Assembly (NCBI GenBank): GCA_964588165.1
Contig: CAZPMS010000003.1
Coordinates: 74,031-138,030 of the forward strand
Reading direction: 5' to 3'
DNA from: an uncultured Gammaproteobacteria bacterium
Lineage (GTDB): Bacteria > Patescibacteriota > Patescibacteriia > UBA1558 > UBA10009
Length of the DNA stretch: 64,000 nucleotides
Shown: positions 18,011 through 26,967 of the stretch, piece after piece
Layout of the letters: each line of letters opens with the position of its first letter
How positions within the stretch are numbered: position 1 is the first letter of the stretch
Notes under the pieces: generated by a model
Databases searched by the model: none
The model's input: the letters and a program-made list of their open reading frames with translations, nothing else
What the model was told of the DNA's origin: nothing
Program-made: the position numbers and the translations under genes

Positions 18011-18313
18011 ATGAGTGGTTCAAACAGATGGCCCGGATTAAGTACCAAGCACACTACCGCACTGGCCAATATATTCAGGGCCATAATACAGGCAGATGGA
18101 ACAATCCCAAATGGCATCACTGCCGATAATGTCAGTGTAACACCTGGTGATATACTGCTTGACGCGGCTGAAGTTATGATTGATGACGAAGCTTATTGGG
18201 ATGATTTTCCGCCTGAAATCGATTACCCAATCGGGGAAACATTGGCACCATCTCAAATGAGGCAACGATTACGGAACACCGTTGATGAAGCCAAGCGGCC
18301 CAAACAAACCTAA
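18011..18313 (+). CDS. Hypothetical acidic protein (100 aa), higher GC
   Basis: No recognised domain; followed by hairpin cgccatcttataaaacaggtggcgtttt. Confidence 0.35.
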   Translation: MSGSNRWPGLSTKHTTALANIFRAIIQADGTIPNGITADNVSVTPGDILLDAAEVMIDDEAYWDDFPPEIDYPIGETLAPSQMRQRLRNTVDEAKRPKQT

Positions 18314-18380
18314 CATCAACTCTCAAAACATTCGCCATCTTATAAAACAGGTGGCGTTTTATTTTAATATTATACCACTA

Positions 18381-18409
18381 TTGACTTAATTATTAAAAAA
18401 GTATAGAAT
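18381..18409 (+). promoter_or_regulatory. Predicted sigma70-like promoter of rpmA (TTGACT-17-TAGAAT)
   Basis: ttgact at 18381-18386, tagaat at 18404-18409; the 5' UTR contains the conserved 18-mer TTACCAGTTACTAATTAC. Confidence 0.35.
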
Positions 18410-18449
18410 AAACCTCGTACTATTTACCAGTTACTAATTACCAAATTAT

Positions 18450-18728
18450 ATGGCACATAAGAAAGCGGGCGGATCTACAGGCTTGGGCCGTGATTCTAAA
18501 TCTAAAAGGCTTGGCATAAAAAAACACAGCGGCGAGGAAGTAAAAGCCGGCATGGTTTTGGTCAGGCAAAGAGGCACCAAATACAGGCCCGGCAAAAATG
18601 TTAAAAAAGGCAAAGATGATACTTTATTTGCCGTGATTGCCGGAATTGTAAAATTCACTCAAAAAAAGATTGTAAAATTTGACGGCTCCAGAAGACTAAG
18701 TAAATTCGTCCACATAGAAAAAAAATAA
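18450..18728 (+). CDS. rpmA: 50S ribosomal protein L27
   Basis: [24 protein letters not shown]... L27 signature. Confidence 0.9.
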   Translation: MAHKKAGGSTGLGRDSKSKRLGIKKHSGEEVKAGMVLVRQRGTKYRPGKNVKKGKDDTLFAVIAGIVKFTQKKIVKFDGSRRLSKFVHIEKK

Positions 18729-18729
18729 A

Positions 18730-18800
18730 AAGCCGCTGTCATTCTGGACCCTAGAAAACGAAGTGAATCTAGGGGATAGAATCTAGCGGTTTTTTTGTTT
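18730..18800. terminator. Compound hairpin plus T-run; bidirectional terminator between rpmA (+) and ftsX (-)
   Basis: gccgctgtcattctggaccctag...ctaggggatagaatctagcggttttttt, with inner perfect ccctag/ctaggg stem. Confidence 0.5.
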
Positions 18801-18802
18801 AT

Positions 18803-19726
18803 CTAAACTTTTAAATAACGCCTGACTGCAATAAAACTGCTAAGGACTGTTATTACTATAGCCACTAACAGCTGGGTTCCAAAAACTTTTATAAAATTAT
18901 TATTTAAAAGCTGGACTAAATTGGTGGTGTATTCTTTAAAAAAGCTATCGGCATAAGGCTGTAAAAATGACAAAATTGGATATAAAAGGGCCACCAAAAT
19001 AATTACCGATATAATGCTATAAACTGTTCCTTCTATTAAAAAAGGTGAGCGTACAAATCTGTTAGAGGCCCCTACTAGCTTCATTATGCCGATTTCTTCC
19101 TTATGGGTATAAATTCCTACCTGAATTGTATTAAATACCACCAGAATAGAAATAATAATAAATATTAAACTCACAAGCAAACCTGCATTTTGAATTTTAT
19201 TTGAATACTCAGAAATACCCTCTATAAGCAATTTTGAATCGGTAAATTCCTTATCTTCTATTTCTAAATAACCAGCATATTCTTTTTTAGAAAGCTCCGT
19301 TAAAATTATTGGGAACTCTTCTATATTATGGACGTTGAGCCTAATGCTCCCTTGGAAAGGGTTTTCTTCCAAAGAATCTAAAGATTGAATAATCAATTCA
19401 TTATCCTTGTGGCGTTCTTTGAATGTTTCTAAGGTTTTTTCTGGCGTTATAAACTCTACTTTTTTAACGGCAGAAAGTTTGCCAAGTTCATCCACTAAAA
19501 TTTCTGCCTGATCCTCGTTAGCTTCTTTGGTTAAATCTATATAAACATCGGTTTTTGTTTCTACAACAGTAAGAACGTGATCGGTAACCAAATTAAACAT
19601 CAATAAAAAACTGATAGAAAATAAAGCCAAGGATACAATGGTAATAGTAACTACCGAAAGCCAAATGTTTCTAAACAAGCTTTGGATGGCAAATTTTAAT
19701 ATTCTGGTAAATTCTACTAAAAACAT
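18803..19726 (-). CDS. ftsX: Cell division permease-like protein FtsX
   Basis: N-terminal TM, large extracellular loop, C-terminal 3 TM; immediately downstream of ftsE. Confidence 0.85.
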   Translation of the reverse strand: MFLVEFTRILKFAIQSLFRNIWLSVVTITIVSLALFSISFLLMFNLVTDHVLTVVETKTDVYIDLTKEANEDQAEILVDELGKLSAVKKVEFITPEKTLETFKERHKDNELIIQSLDSLEENPFQGSIRLNVHNIEEFPIILTELSKKEYAGYLEIEDKEFTDSKLLIEGISEYSNKIQNAGLLVSLIFIIISILVVFNTIQVGIYTHKEEIGIMKLVGASNRFVRSPFLIEGTVYSIISVIILVALLYPILSFLQPYADSFFKEYTTNLVQLLNNNFIKVFGTQLLVAIVITVLSSFIAVRRYLKV

Positions 19727-19868
19727 ACTTAATAAATTTTAAAATATAAATTTTAAATGAAATTCTAATTTTAAATTTTAAAACATTTATAATCCATAGA
19801 TTAAACTCCAGCAAATAAAGTTTTACTAATTTAAAATTCTTTCAAAATTTGAAATTTCTACTTTAAAA

Positions 19869-20549
19869 TTAAAGTACGTATCTTCCTTTTGATTGATCGC
19901 TAATTATCTGGCCTTCATCAATTGTTACCACCCTTTTCTTTAAACTGTTTACCACATCCCTATCGTGCGTGACTAAAATAACGGTAGTTCCCAACTGATT
20001 TATCTTTTTTAATAAATCAATAATTTCTCTGGTATTTATTGAATCCAAATTTCCGGTTGGCTCATCAGCCACCAGCAGTTTTGGCTTATGAACCAAAGAC
20101 CTGGCAATAACCACTCTTTGCTGTTCTCCGCCAGAAAGTTGGAATGGATAGCGGTTCTCTTTGCCGTCTAGGCCCACTATTTTCATAACCTGGGGCACAA
20201 TTTTATGGACCCTGCCCTTGGGCGAGCCACAAGTTTGCAATGCAAAGGCAACATTTTCAAAAACTGTTTTCTTCTGAAGCAATTTAAAATCTTGGAAAAC
20301 CACCCCAATCTGACGCCTTAAGTAAGGGACTTCTTTATCCCTAATGCCTGTTATATCCCAGCCGCCAACAATAATTTTGCCTTCTGTTGGTTTTTCTTCA
20401 GCAATAACTAAACGGATAATGGTTGTTTTACCTGTTCCACTTAAACCAACGATAGAAACAAAATCACCGGGCGGGATATCAAGGTTAACATTCTTAAGCG
20501 CCACGGAATTATTTCTATAATACTTTGATACGTTTACAAATTTTATCAT
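19869..20549 (-). CDS. ftsE: Cell division ATP-binding protein FtsE
   Basis: Walker A GLSGTGKTT, ABC signature LSGGEQQRVVIARSL, Walker B LLVADEPT. Confidence 0.9.
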   Translation of the reverse strand: MIKFVNVSKYYRNNSVALKNVNLDIPPGDFVSIVGLSGTGKTTIIRLVIAEEKPTEGKIIVGGWDITGIRDKEVPYLRRQIGVVFQDFKLLQKKTVFENVAFALQTCGSPKGRVHKIVPQVMKIVGLDGKENRYPFQLSGGEQQRVVIARSLVHKPKLLVADEPTGNLDSINTREIIDLLKKINQLGTTVILVTHDRDVVNSLKKRVVTIDEGQIISDQSKGRYVL

Positions 20550-20629
20550 ATATTGGTAGTTTGTAGTTGGTAGTTTGTAGTTGGTAGAAAAAGCTTTTTA
20601 AAAAAATACTACCCACTACAACCTACTCA

Positions 20630-21910
20630 CTAATCAATAACCTCAATTTTAACTGAAGTTACTCCAGCCCTTAAATTACTTATGGCATTAAAAGCCACTT
20701 TATCTAAATCAATTATCCTGCCTGTCCACAGTTCTGGACCGTAATCATTTACTTCCACAATAACTGATTTACCCCTATTGGAACCGGCTGACTGATTGGT
20801 AACCTTAAGCTTGGTGCCTTTAGGGAAATCCCTGGAAGCTGCATACAGGCCGCCCTTCCAAGAATACCAACTGGCTTCGCCCACCCATCCATCAGTTTCT
20901 TCAAATAAAGAAATTTTTTCTTCTTGGCCTTTTAAAATAGCTGTTACTGTTTTATTTCTATAATCGTCGAATGATTCTAATTTTTCCCAATCCGTTCCGT
21001 TTAAAAAATAAGCGCTCTTAGCTTGCTTGCCGGATTCTGAATATGGGATAGAAACTTCATAAGAATAACTGTCTGGAGTTTTAGCGCAGTAAACCTGGTT
21101 TATTTTTTCCAAAGTGGTTCCCAAAACCCACCCGGTGCCGGAACTTAAGCCCCAGGGCGCCAAAACCTCAGCTGCATATTTTTCCTGAAATTGCTTTACC
21201 GAACCATAAGTTAAGTTGCCGTAATAACCGGTAGAAGGCAGCTCAGAAAAACCTTCGTACTCTCTTAAAAAAGTTTGGAGTTTTTTAACTTCTTCTTCGC
21301 TATTGGTTTTATTTGATTTAAAATAATTTGTTAAATACGGCAGGCAAACTTCTTTATATTCTAAATCGCTAATTGATTGGTTAACATCAAAATTAAAAGT
21401 ATCTGATACCTTACTTTTATCTTCATTATTTGCTGTTAGAGCTAAATTAGTGCCCACCACCACCAGCTTATTTTTTTTACCCGATAATTTAAAAGTTAAA
21501 TTATTTAGGAAGGCCCGGTTACTGGCCATCTGCCATTTTTTTAACCGGCTATTGTAATAATAAATCGTTTTACCACTTGCATGATCATTCTCATGATAAC
21601 TAATAGTGATAGTAAATTCTGAATCCTCATTTACTTCTGATGAATAAATATAATAAGAATATATTTCTGTTAAGCTGTTAATATCATCTTTAATTTCTGC
21701 AGACGGTAGTTTATAAAGGTATACATCTATTGGCTGCGTATATTCTTCCGCTGGAATACTTAATTTAAAAGTTGAATCCTGACTTACAAATTCACTACCA
21801 AGCTGAACCTCTTCTGGATTAAAATGCAAGCTTTCGGCTCTTAAGCCACTAATTGGCCATAATAAAAAAAGGCTAAAAAAAATAACTAAAATAGTGTACC
21901 TAAATTGCAT
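20630..21910 (-). CDS. Secreted cell-wall protein with peptidoglycan-binding-like domain and C-terminal RlpA-like double-psi beta-barrel (DPBB) domain
   Basis: Signal peptide. PG_binding_1-like LTYGSVKQFQEKYAAEVLAPWGLSSGTGWVLGTTLEKINQVY. C-terminal GEASWYSWKGGLYAASRDFPKGTKLKVTNQSAGSNRGKSVIVEVNDYGP, an RlpA/3D-like fold. Confidence 0.6.
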   Translation of the reverse strand: MQFRYTILVIFFSLFLLWPISGLRAESLHFNPEEVQLGSEFVSQDSTFKLSIPAEEYTQPIDVYLYKLPSAEIKDDINSLTEIYSYYIYSSEVNEDSEFTITISYHENDHASGKTIYYYNSRLKKWQMASNRAFLNNLTFKLSGKKNKLVVVGTNLALTANNEDKSKVSDTFNFDVNQSISDLEYKEVCLPYLTNYFKSNKTNSEEEVKKLQTFLREYEGFSELPSTGYYGNLTYGSVKQFQEKYAAEVLAPWGLSSGTGWVLGTTLEKINQVYCAKTPDSYSYEVSIPYSESGKQAKSAYFLNGTDWEKLESFDDYRNKTVTAILKGQEEKISLFEETDGWVGEASWYSWKGGLYAASRDFPKGTKLKVTNQSAGSNRGKSVIVEVNDYGPELWTGRIIDLDKVAFNAISNLRAGVTSVKIEVID

Positions 21911-22021
21911 ATTTTAATAATTTGTTTATAATGTTAATCTACAAACAGGTATAGTTTAGCTGTAACTATGTCCGCCGAAATCTGAAAGACGAAGGCGGAA
22001 CTTCTGTTACCTGCTCCATTT

Positions 22022-22098
22022 GCCAGGATAGCTCAGTTGGCTAGAGCAATGCTTTCGTAAAGCAGAGGTCGTGGGTTCGATTCCCGCTCCTGGCTCCA
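22022..22098 (+). tRNA. tRNA-Thr (anticodon CGT), CCA encoded
   Basis: Manual fold. Acceptor gccagga/tcctggc, D-arm gctc-agttggcta-gagc, anticodon loop ttCGTaa with U33 and A37, variable loop aggtc, T-arm gtggg-ttcgatt-cccgc, discriminator t plus cca. One A-G mismatch tops the anticodon stem. Confidence 0.8.
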
Positions 22099-22162
22099 CT
22101 CAATTCGTACAGATAAACTGGATTCACATGTGATTTTATTACTGATTACCAGTTACCAATCC

Positions 22163-23512
22163 CTATATTTTTATTAAAGTCAAAACCTTGGCTTTTTTAA
22201 TTTGCTGATCTAAATAATCTTTAAACGAAGGCGTTTGCCTAAAAATATGGCTGGCTTTAAAAGTTGTCTGCCCATCCGGACTTATAACCCTTTCTTCTAA
22301 TTTTATAATATGCAGGCCAAACCGGGTTTCTATAATTTGGCTAATTCTGCCTTCTTCCATATCCAGAATGGCCAGTTCAAACTCGGGTACCATATCACCT
22401 AAAGAAAACCAGCCTAAATCACCACCTACAAACTTAGTATTATCATCATTAACCCCAGAAGCAATCTCAGCAAATTTTTCTGGACTGATTTCTAACTTAT
22501 TTAAATAACCTGCCATATCTGCTTCTAAATAAGACATAATATCGGAGTTATTAAAATCTTCTTCCACTTTTTGGGCCAAAAGAAGCGGTGCTAAAACATT
22601 TTGGGTATATTCCTCAATATTCCAATCATACAATTGTTTTATTAATTCTTCCACTTCCTCCCCTTCTTCAACTTTTAAAAAATCTATCATCTCATTTATT
22701 TCTTGATCGCTAAGGCTGATGCCTTTTTCTTGTGCAATATTGTAAATAACATTCTTTTCTATTAAACTTTGAATTACCTGTTTTTTTAACTGGCTTTGGC
22801 TGGCTGGAACGGCCAAGCGTTCCATATATTTCTCCAAAGCATCTAAATCATTTAAAAAAGTATAGGCTTTTACCATATTGCCGTCTACATATAAAGCTGG
22901 AAATGGAATTATCTTGGCTACTTTATTAACTATACTGCCCCGCCAGCCGCCTAAATATATTCCGGAAATAAAAATAACAATTAAAATAACGATTGAAACT
23001 ACAACCGTCTTTAAAAATTGGTGGTTATTTATGCCCTTGGCTTTTTTTGCCACTTTTTCCTTATTTATGTTTATAAGTTCTTTTCCTTCCTTTTTTTTTA
23101 TAATACTCATTTTTTTTGTTTTAGGAAAAAATGCCTTATGGGTAATTTTTTTAAGTTTTTTTTGTGAATAAAAAGATACTTTTTCTTTCTTTCCTGATAC
23201 CTTTTCTTTAGGCTGCTCTTTTTTAACTTTTTTGAATCTAAACTTTGGTTTTTCGGGCAGTTCTTCTTTTCTTTTTAACTCATTTAAAATAGCTTCCCTA
23301 ATCGCCTTTAAATCACTGCTTAATTTGCTAATTACTTTTTTTTCCTTTTTTAGAGGTTGGCTAGCCGGTACCGGTACTTGAGTAGATTCTGGCTTAGATT
23401 TTTCTGAAGTAACCAAAAAGCCATTTACTTCATTTTTTAATTTATTTTGGTACTTTTTTTCTTGAGCCTTTTTTGTATTTGCTGTTACTGGCTTTTTTTG
23501 ATTATTTGCCAT
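22163..23512 (-). CDS. Membrane-anchored PpiC/parvulin-type peptidyl-prolyl isomerase (PrsA/SurA-like foldase) with long lysine-rich N-terminal tail
   Basis: C-terminal parvulin signature GGDLGWFSLGDMVPEFELAILDMEEGRISQIIETRFGLHIIKL; single TM after about 170 aa of K-rich sequence. Confidence 0.7.
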   Translation of the reverse strand: MANNQKKPVTANTKKAQEKKYQNKLKNEVNGFLVTSEKSKPESTQVPVPASQPLKKEKKVISKLSSDLKAIREAILNELKRKEELPEKPKFRFKKVKKEQPKEKVSGKKEKVSFYSQKKLKKITHKAFFPKTKKMSIIKKKEGKELININKEKVAKKAKGINNHQFLKTVVVSIVILIVIFISGIYLGGWRGSIVNKVAKIIPFPALYVDGNMVKAYTFLNDLDALEKYMERLAVPASQSQLKKQVIQSLIEKNVIYNIAQEKGISLSDQEINEMIDFLKVEEGEEVEELIKQLYDWNIEEYTQNVLAPLLLAQKVEEDFNNSDIMSYLEADMAGYLNKLEISPEKFAEIASGVNDDNTKFVGGDLGWFSLGDMVPEFELAILDMEEGRISQIIETRFGLHIIKLEERVISPDGQTTFKASHIFRQTPSFKDYLDQQIKKAKVLTLIKI

Positions 23513-23927
23513 TGTATGCTACTTTAAAAAAATAATTCCACCATCTTTGGGGGTTAGATAAAGAATCTACTTCAGTTTTAAGAATATTTGAATAGTCATC
23601 AGTTTCTTCTGTTAAACCTTCTGCTTCTTCTGGAACAATAATAATTTTTTCTCCGGGCTTTCTTAAATTTAGCTTGGTCCTGGCTTCATTTTCCACAAAA
23701 TCCAAGCTTTTAAAATAGTTTATCAAGCTGGAAAGTTCTTGGTTACCACTTTCTAATTCGTTTATTTCCGCTTGTAAATTACTAATATCTTCCTTTAAAT
23801 CCTTTCTGTTTATGAGTTCTTTAACTAAATTTACAGAAAAGAAGATTAGAATAAACAAACTTACAAAAAATAGAATCTTTGAAGAAGCTAAAAATCTTCC
23901 AACAGATTTACGATTATACTGAACCAT
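23502..23927 (-). CDS. FtsB/DivIC/FtsL-like septum-formation bitopic coiled-coil protein (candidate)
   Basis: N-terminal TM, then leucine-zipper-like coiled coil (ISNLQAEINELESGNQELSSLINYF); neighbourhood of cell-wall genes. Confidence 0.45.
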   Translation of the reverse strand: MVQYNRKSVGRFLASSKILFFVSLFILIFFSVNLVKELINRKDLKEDISNLQAEINELESGNQELSSLINYFKSLDFVENEARTKLNLRKPGEKIIIVPEEAEGLTEETDDYSNILKTEVDSLSNPQRWWNYFFKVAYNGK

Positions 23928-23951
23928 AGAACAAAAAAATTATAACATAAA

Positions 23952-24452
23952 TTAGTCATTTTCGCTAGCGGACTCGTTCTTTTTTATTCTTAATAAAAGC
24001 TGCTGGATATTCCGAGGTTTAGGGATCTTACTAACAATAATTGGAGTTTTAGTTTCAGCTATCTGGAGCCTAACAGAGCCATATCTAAATACTGTTTGCC
24101 CGGCACCTTTAATCCGATAAGAAATATCCTGGATTGTTCCATGCTCTGCCTCCGAAACCCTTTTATTAAATAATCCAAACTGCCTGCTTAAAATTACCCT
24201 GTGGCTGGTTATTAAAAAAACATTATTGCTCCACATAACAATTAATCTAACTACAGCGATTATTCCAACAACTAAAAGTATAAAAAATAAAACCAAGCCT
24301 ATTACTTCCCACTTAAATAATAAAAACATTAAAAAGAAAGGTAGCAACAATAAAATGATTGATACTAAACCGGACTTTAAAAATACCAACGGATGTTGCC
24401 TGATTAACCTGATTGGCTCTTCATTATTTTTTAAATATTTGCTATACTTCAT
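23952..24452 (-). CDS. Membrane protein with bacterial PH (YdbT/DUF304-like) domain
   Basis: Two TM helices followed by a PH-like segment (NVFLITSHRVILSRQFGLFNKRVSEAEHGTIQDISYR). Confidence 0.45.
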   Translation of the reverse strand: MKYSKYLKNNEEPIRLIRQHPLVFLKSGLVSIILLLLPFFLMFLLFKWEVIGLVLFFILLVVGIIAVVRLIVMWSNNVFLITSHRVILSRQFGLFNKRVSEAEHGTIQDISYRIKGAGQTVFRYGSVRLQIAETKTPIIVSKIPKPRNIQQLLLRIKKNESASEND

Positions 24453-24766
24453 AAAGTTAAACTAATTTTAAGCTAAGAAGAAAAGCCTGTACTATGTCCG
24501 TTCTTGTCGGTGTCGTCCGCGTGAGTCGGTGAAAGTCTATTTACGGTCTTACGCGGACAATTACTGACGGCACGGTCAGGCGCTGACCCACACAGACAAT
24601 TTATTTTCAAAATATGAGAAGAAAAACAATTAAAATTATTTGGATATTCTTAAGTGTCTTTATTATCTTTTCCATGCTTGTCTGGACACTTGGAGCTTTC
24701 TATTATTAATTTTACAGGATTACTTGATTTTAAAAAACTGAGGATAAGTATCATCAGTTTTTTTAA

Positions 24767-25498
24767 TTATAATAATTCAATAATACTTCTGGGAACTTCA
24801 ATATCTAATTTTCTAACAATCTTAATATACTCTTTCAACTTTTTTTTATTTTCAATCCAACTTTCTGGGTGATTCAAATAATCAATATAGTATTCATATA
24901 ATTTATCGGGGATAGCGTCATTTTTATGAATACCTTCAACTAATTCTAACCAAGTGTATAAATAATGAATCTTAATACCTTCTTTCTTGAGCCAAATTCT
25001 GGCGGGATCGTTTTGAAAAAATTCAGCCATAGCAGCCCAAATTACAAGTAAATCATTAACTTTGATTTTACATTTCTTAAGATTCTCAACCATTAATTTC
25101 TTAGTTTTACCATTAGCCATTAAATCATCAACTAGCAAAGCAGTCATGCCAGGTTTATAATCCCCTTCAATATAATCCATTTTACCTGTTTTTTTAGGTT
25201 CTTTTCTAATATAACAAAAAGGTATATCTAATTCATATCCTAAGGCAGCGGCTAAGGGAATGCCAGCTGTCTCAATACCGCAAATTATATCAAAATTTAA
25301 ATCTTTAATTTTTTCGGATAGAAATTTTACTACTAACTTAAAAGCCACTGGATGAGAATATAAAACTCTGTTATCAGCTCCCATTGGAATAATACCTACC
25401 GAAACTAATCTTGGCTTGTAATTATTATGGAAACTTTCAGCGAATTTAGCACACTCTTTAAAAATTTCTTCCTTATAATTCATAAAAGCTTTTATCAA
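24767..25498 (-). CDS. Orotate phosphoribosyltransferase-like protein, paralog 1 (most canonical PRPP loop)
   Basis: YIRKEPKKTGKMDYIEG (OPRT YxRKExKxxG...IEG motif) and PRPP-binding LLVDDLMANGKT; extra about 80-aa C-terminal extension. Confidence 0.65.
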   Translation of the reverse strand: MIKAFMNYKEEIFKECAKFAESFHNNYKPRLVSVGIIPMGADNRVLYSHPVAFKLVVKFLSEKIKDLNFDIICGIETAGIPLAAALGYELDIPFCYIRKEPKKTGKMDYIEGDYKPGMTALLVDDLMANGKTKKLMVENLKKCKIKVNDLLVIWAAMAEFFQNDPARIWLKKEGIKIHYLYTWLELVEGIHKNDAIPDKLYEYYIDYLNHPESWIENKKKLKEYIKIVRKLDIEVPRSIIELL

Positions 25499-26183
25499 AA
25501 ATTAAATTCTTTTCCTTAAAGGCTAATTCCTTGAAACGTTTCCTATTTTCTAAAACACCTGTCCAGTTTGAATGGAAATTCTTAATCATTTCCAATGTTA
25601 TATCTGTAAACCCTTGGCTCCAAAATCCGGTTTTGCCATAATATTCAATAATTTCGGCCCAACTCAAAACATAGCAATAACCCAATTCTTTAAGCCACTT
25701 AATTTTTTCTTCAAAAACAGGATCGCCACCTAAAGCATTTAAAAAAACGGCCACGCCAACTACTTCGTGCCCTAACTTTTGCACCGCCTCAACAGTATTT
25801 TTTTTGCTTTTAGAACTTGAAGTTGCATCATCAATAATTAAAACCTTACTATTTTTAGGAATTTCCCCTTCCAGTTGCTTGCCAAGCTGCATATCTTTAA
25901 CCTCGCCTCGCATATAGCCCATGCCTATATTTAGTTCTTCGGCTACACCGTGGGCCCAAACAATGCCGGCAGTAGCCAAGCCAACAACAAAGTTGGGTTG
26001 CCAACCTGCACTTTTTACCTCATCAACTAAGGCCTTAATGATTAATCTTCTTTTCTTGGGATAAGAATAAAGTGCCCTAAGATCAGGATACAAAACTCCA
26101 TTTATACCAGCTCTGGTTTTAAAATCACCAACATACTGGAATGTCGGGTACAATAATTCTTTTAAAATTTTATCTTTTTCCAT
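25473..26183 (-). CDS. OPRT-like phosphoribosyltransferase-fold protein, paralog 2 (degenerate PRPP loop VLIIDDATSSSKS)
   Basis: Type I PRTase fold pattern with a non-canonical loop; overlaps paralog 1 by 26 nt. Confidence 0.55.
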   Translation of the reverse strand: MEKDKILKELLYPTFQYVGDFKTRAGINGVLYPDLRALYSYPKKRRLIIKALVDEVKSAGWQPNFVVGLATAGIVWAHGVAEELNIGMGYMRGEVKDMQLGKQLEGEIPKNSKVLIIDDATSSSKSKKNTVEAVQKLGHEVVGVAVFLNALGGDPVFEEKIKWLKELGYCYVLSWAEIIEYYGKTGFWSQGFTDITLEMIKNFHSNWTGVLENRKRFKELAFKEKNLIFDKSFYEL

Positions 26184-26185
26184 AA

Positions 26186-26965
26186 TTAAAATTTTATCCC
26201 GTCGGGCAATTCATGATACTTGCCCACTGTTTTTGAATCTTCTACCAGCATTTCCCAAGTTAATGATTCATTTTCTATAGGCCAGCCATCTTTTTTTGCA
26301 ACTTCTAAAACTTTCATGAATTTTTCTTTATTAATAGACCAGCGTTCTATATTATAATCAGCATAACCATCCCAAACTAAATTATATAACTCTTTAGAAA
26401 TATAGCCGACCTTTAAAGCATAATGGAAAAATTCTTCTATTAGCATTACTTGATGATGTCCAATATTATTTTCTTGGTACCAAGGAACTAAAGGATGGCC
26501 AGTATAATAAATAACTACCATATCGGTAACTTTTATACCTTCCTTTTCCAGATGTTCGGCAAATTTATTTTTGCCTTCGCCGGCACCGGTAGCGTCATCA
26601 ATTAAAATGGCTTTCTTCCAGGATTTATTGACCTGCCCCATTACAGCCGACTTTACTCCATAACCTTTTACTTCTTTCCTTAAGTATAGAATCGGCTTAT
26701 CCATTTCTAAAGAAACTGCTGTGGCCACCGGAAAGCCGCCTAACTCACAGCCAGCCAAAAGATCTACATCCAATTGGTTAACTATATAAGCAATCTTTTG
26801 AGCTATCAGTTTAATTGATAAAGGTTCAGAAAATAACCATCTGGTTTCCGGATAAAAAGGCACTGCTCCTAAGGCTGCAATTAAATAGCCAAACTTAAGT
26901 ATTTTTTTATCTATCATTAACTGAAAAACTTCCTCCTTGTCTTTTTGTGAAATATCAACTGCCAT
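26186..26965 (-). CDS. OPRT-like phosphoribosyltransferase-fold protein, paralog 3 (degenerate PRPP loop ILIDDATGAGEG)
   Basis: YLRKEVKGYGVKSAVMG and hydrophobic-DDA-T-G pattern; immediately downstream of the kinase-like gene. Confidence 0.55.
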   Translation of the reverse strand: MAVDISQKDKEEVFQLMIDKKILKFGYLIAALGAVPFYPETRWLFSEPLSIKLIAQKIAYIVNQLDVDLLAGCELGGFPVATAVSLEMDKPILYLRKEVKGYGVKSAVMGQVNKSWKKAILIDDATGAGEGKNKFAEHLEKEGIKVTDMVVIYYTGHPLVPWYQENNIGHHQVMLIEEFFHYALKVGYISKELYNLVWDGYADYNIERWSINKEKFMKVLEVAKKDGWPIENESLTWEMLVEDSKTVGKYHELPDGIKF

Positions 26966-26967
26966 AA

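Noticed and set aside
19727-19868. aattttaaa-rich spacer between ftsX and ftsE as a possible repeat element
   Set aside because: Only irregular AT-rich iterations. More likely an AT-rich internal promoter or UTR than a discrete element.
20550-20629. ggtagtttgtagttggtag x2 with imperfect inverted partner ctacccactacaacctac as a mobile-element end
   Set aside because: It is a single locus between ftsE and the RlpA-like gene, flanking an A/T-run. It behaves like a bidirectional terminator or attenuator hairpin, and no second copy was seen in the window.
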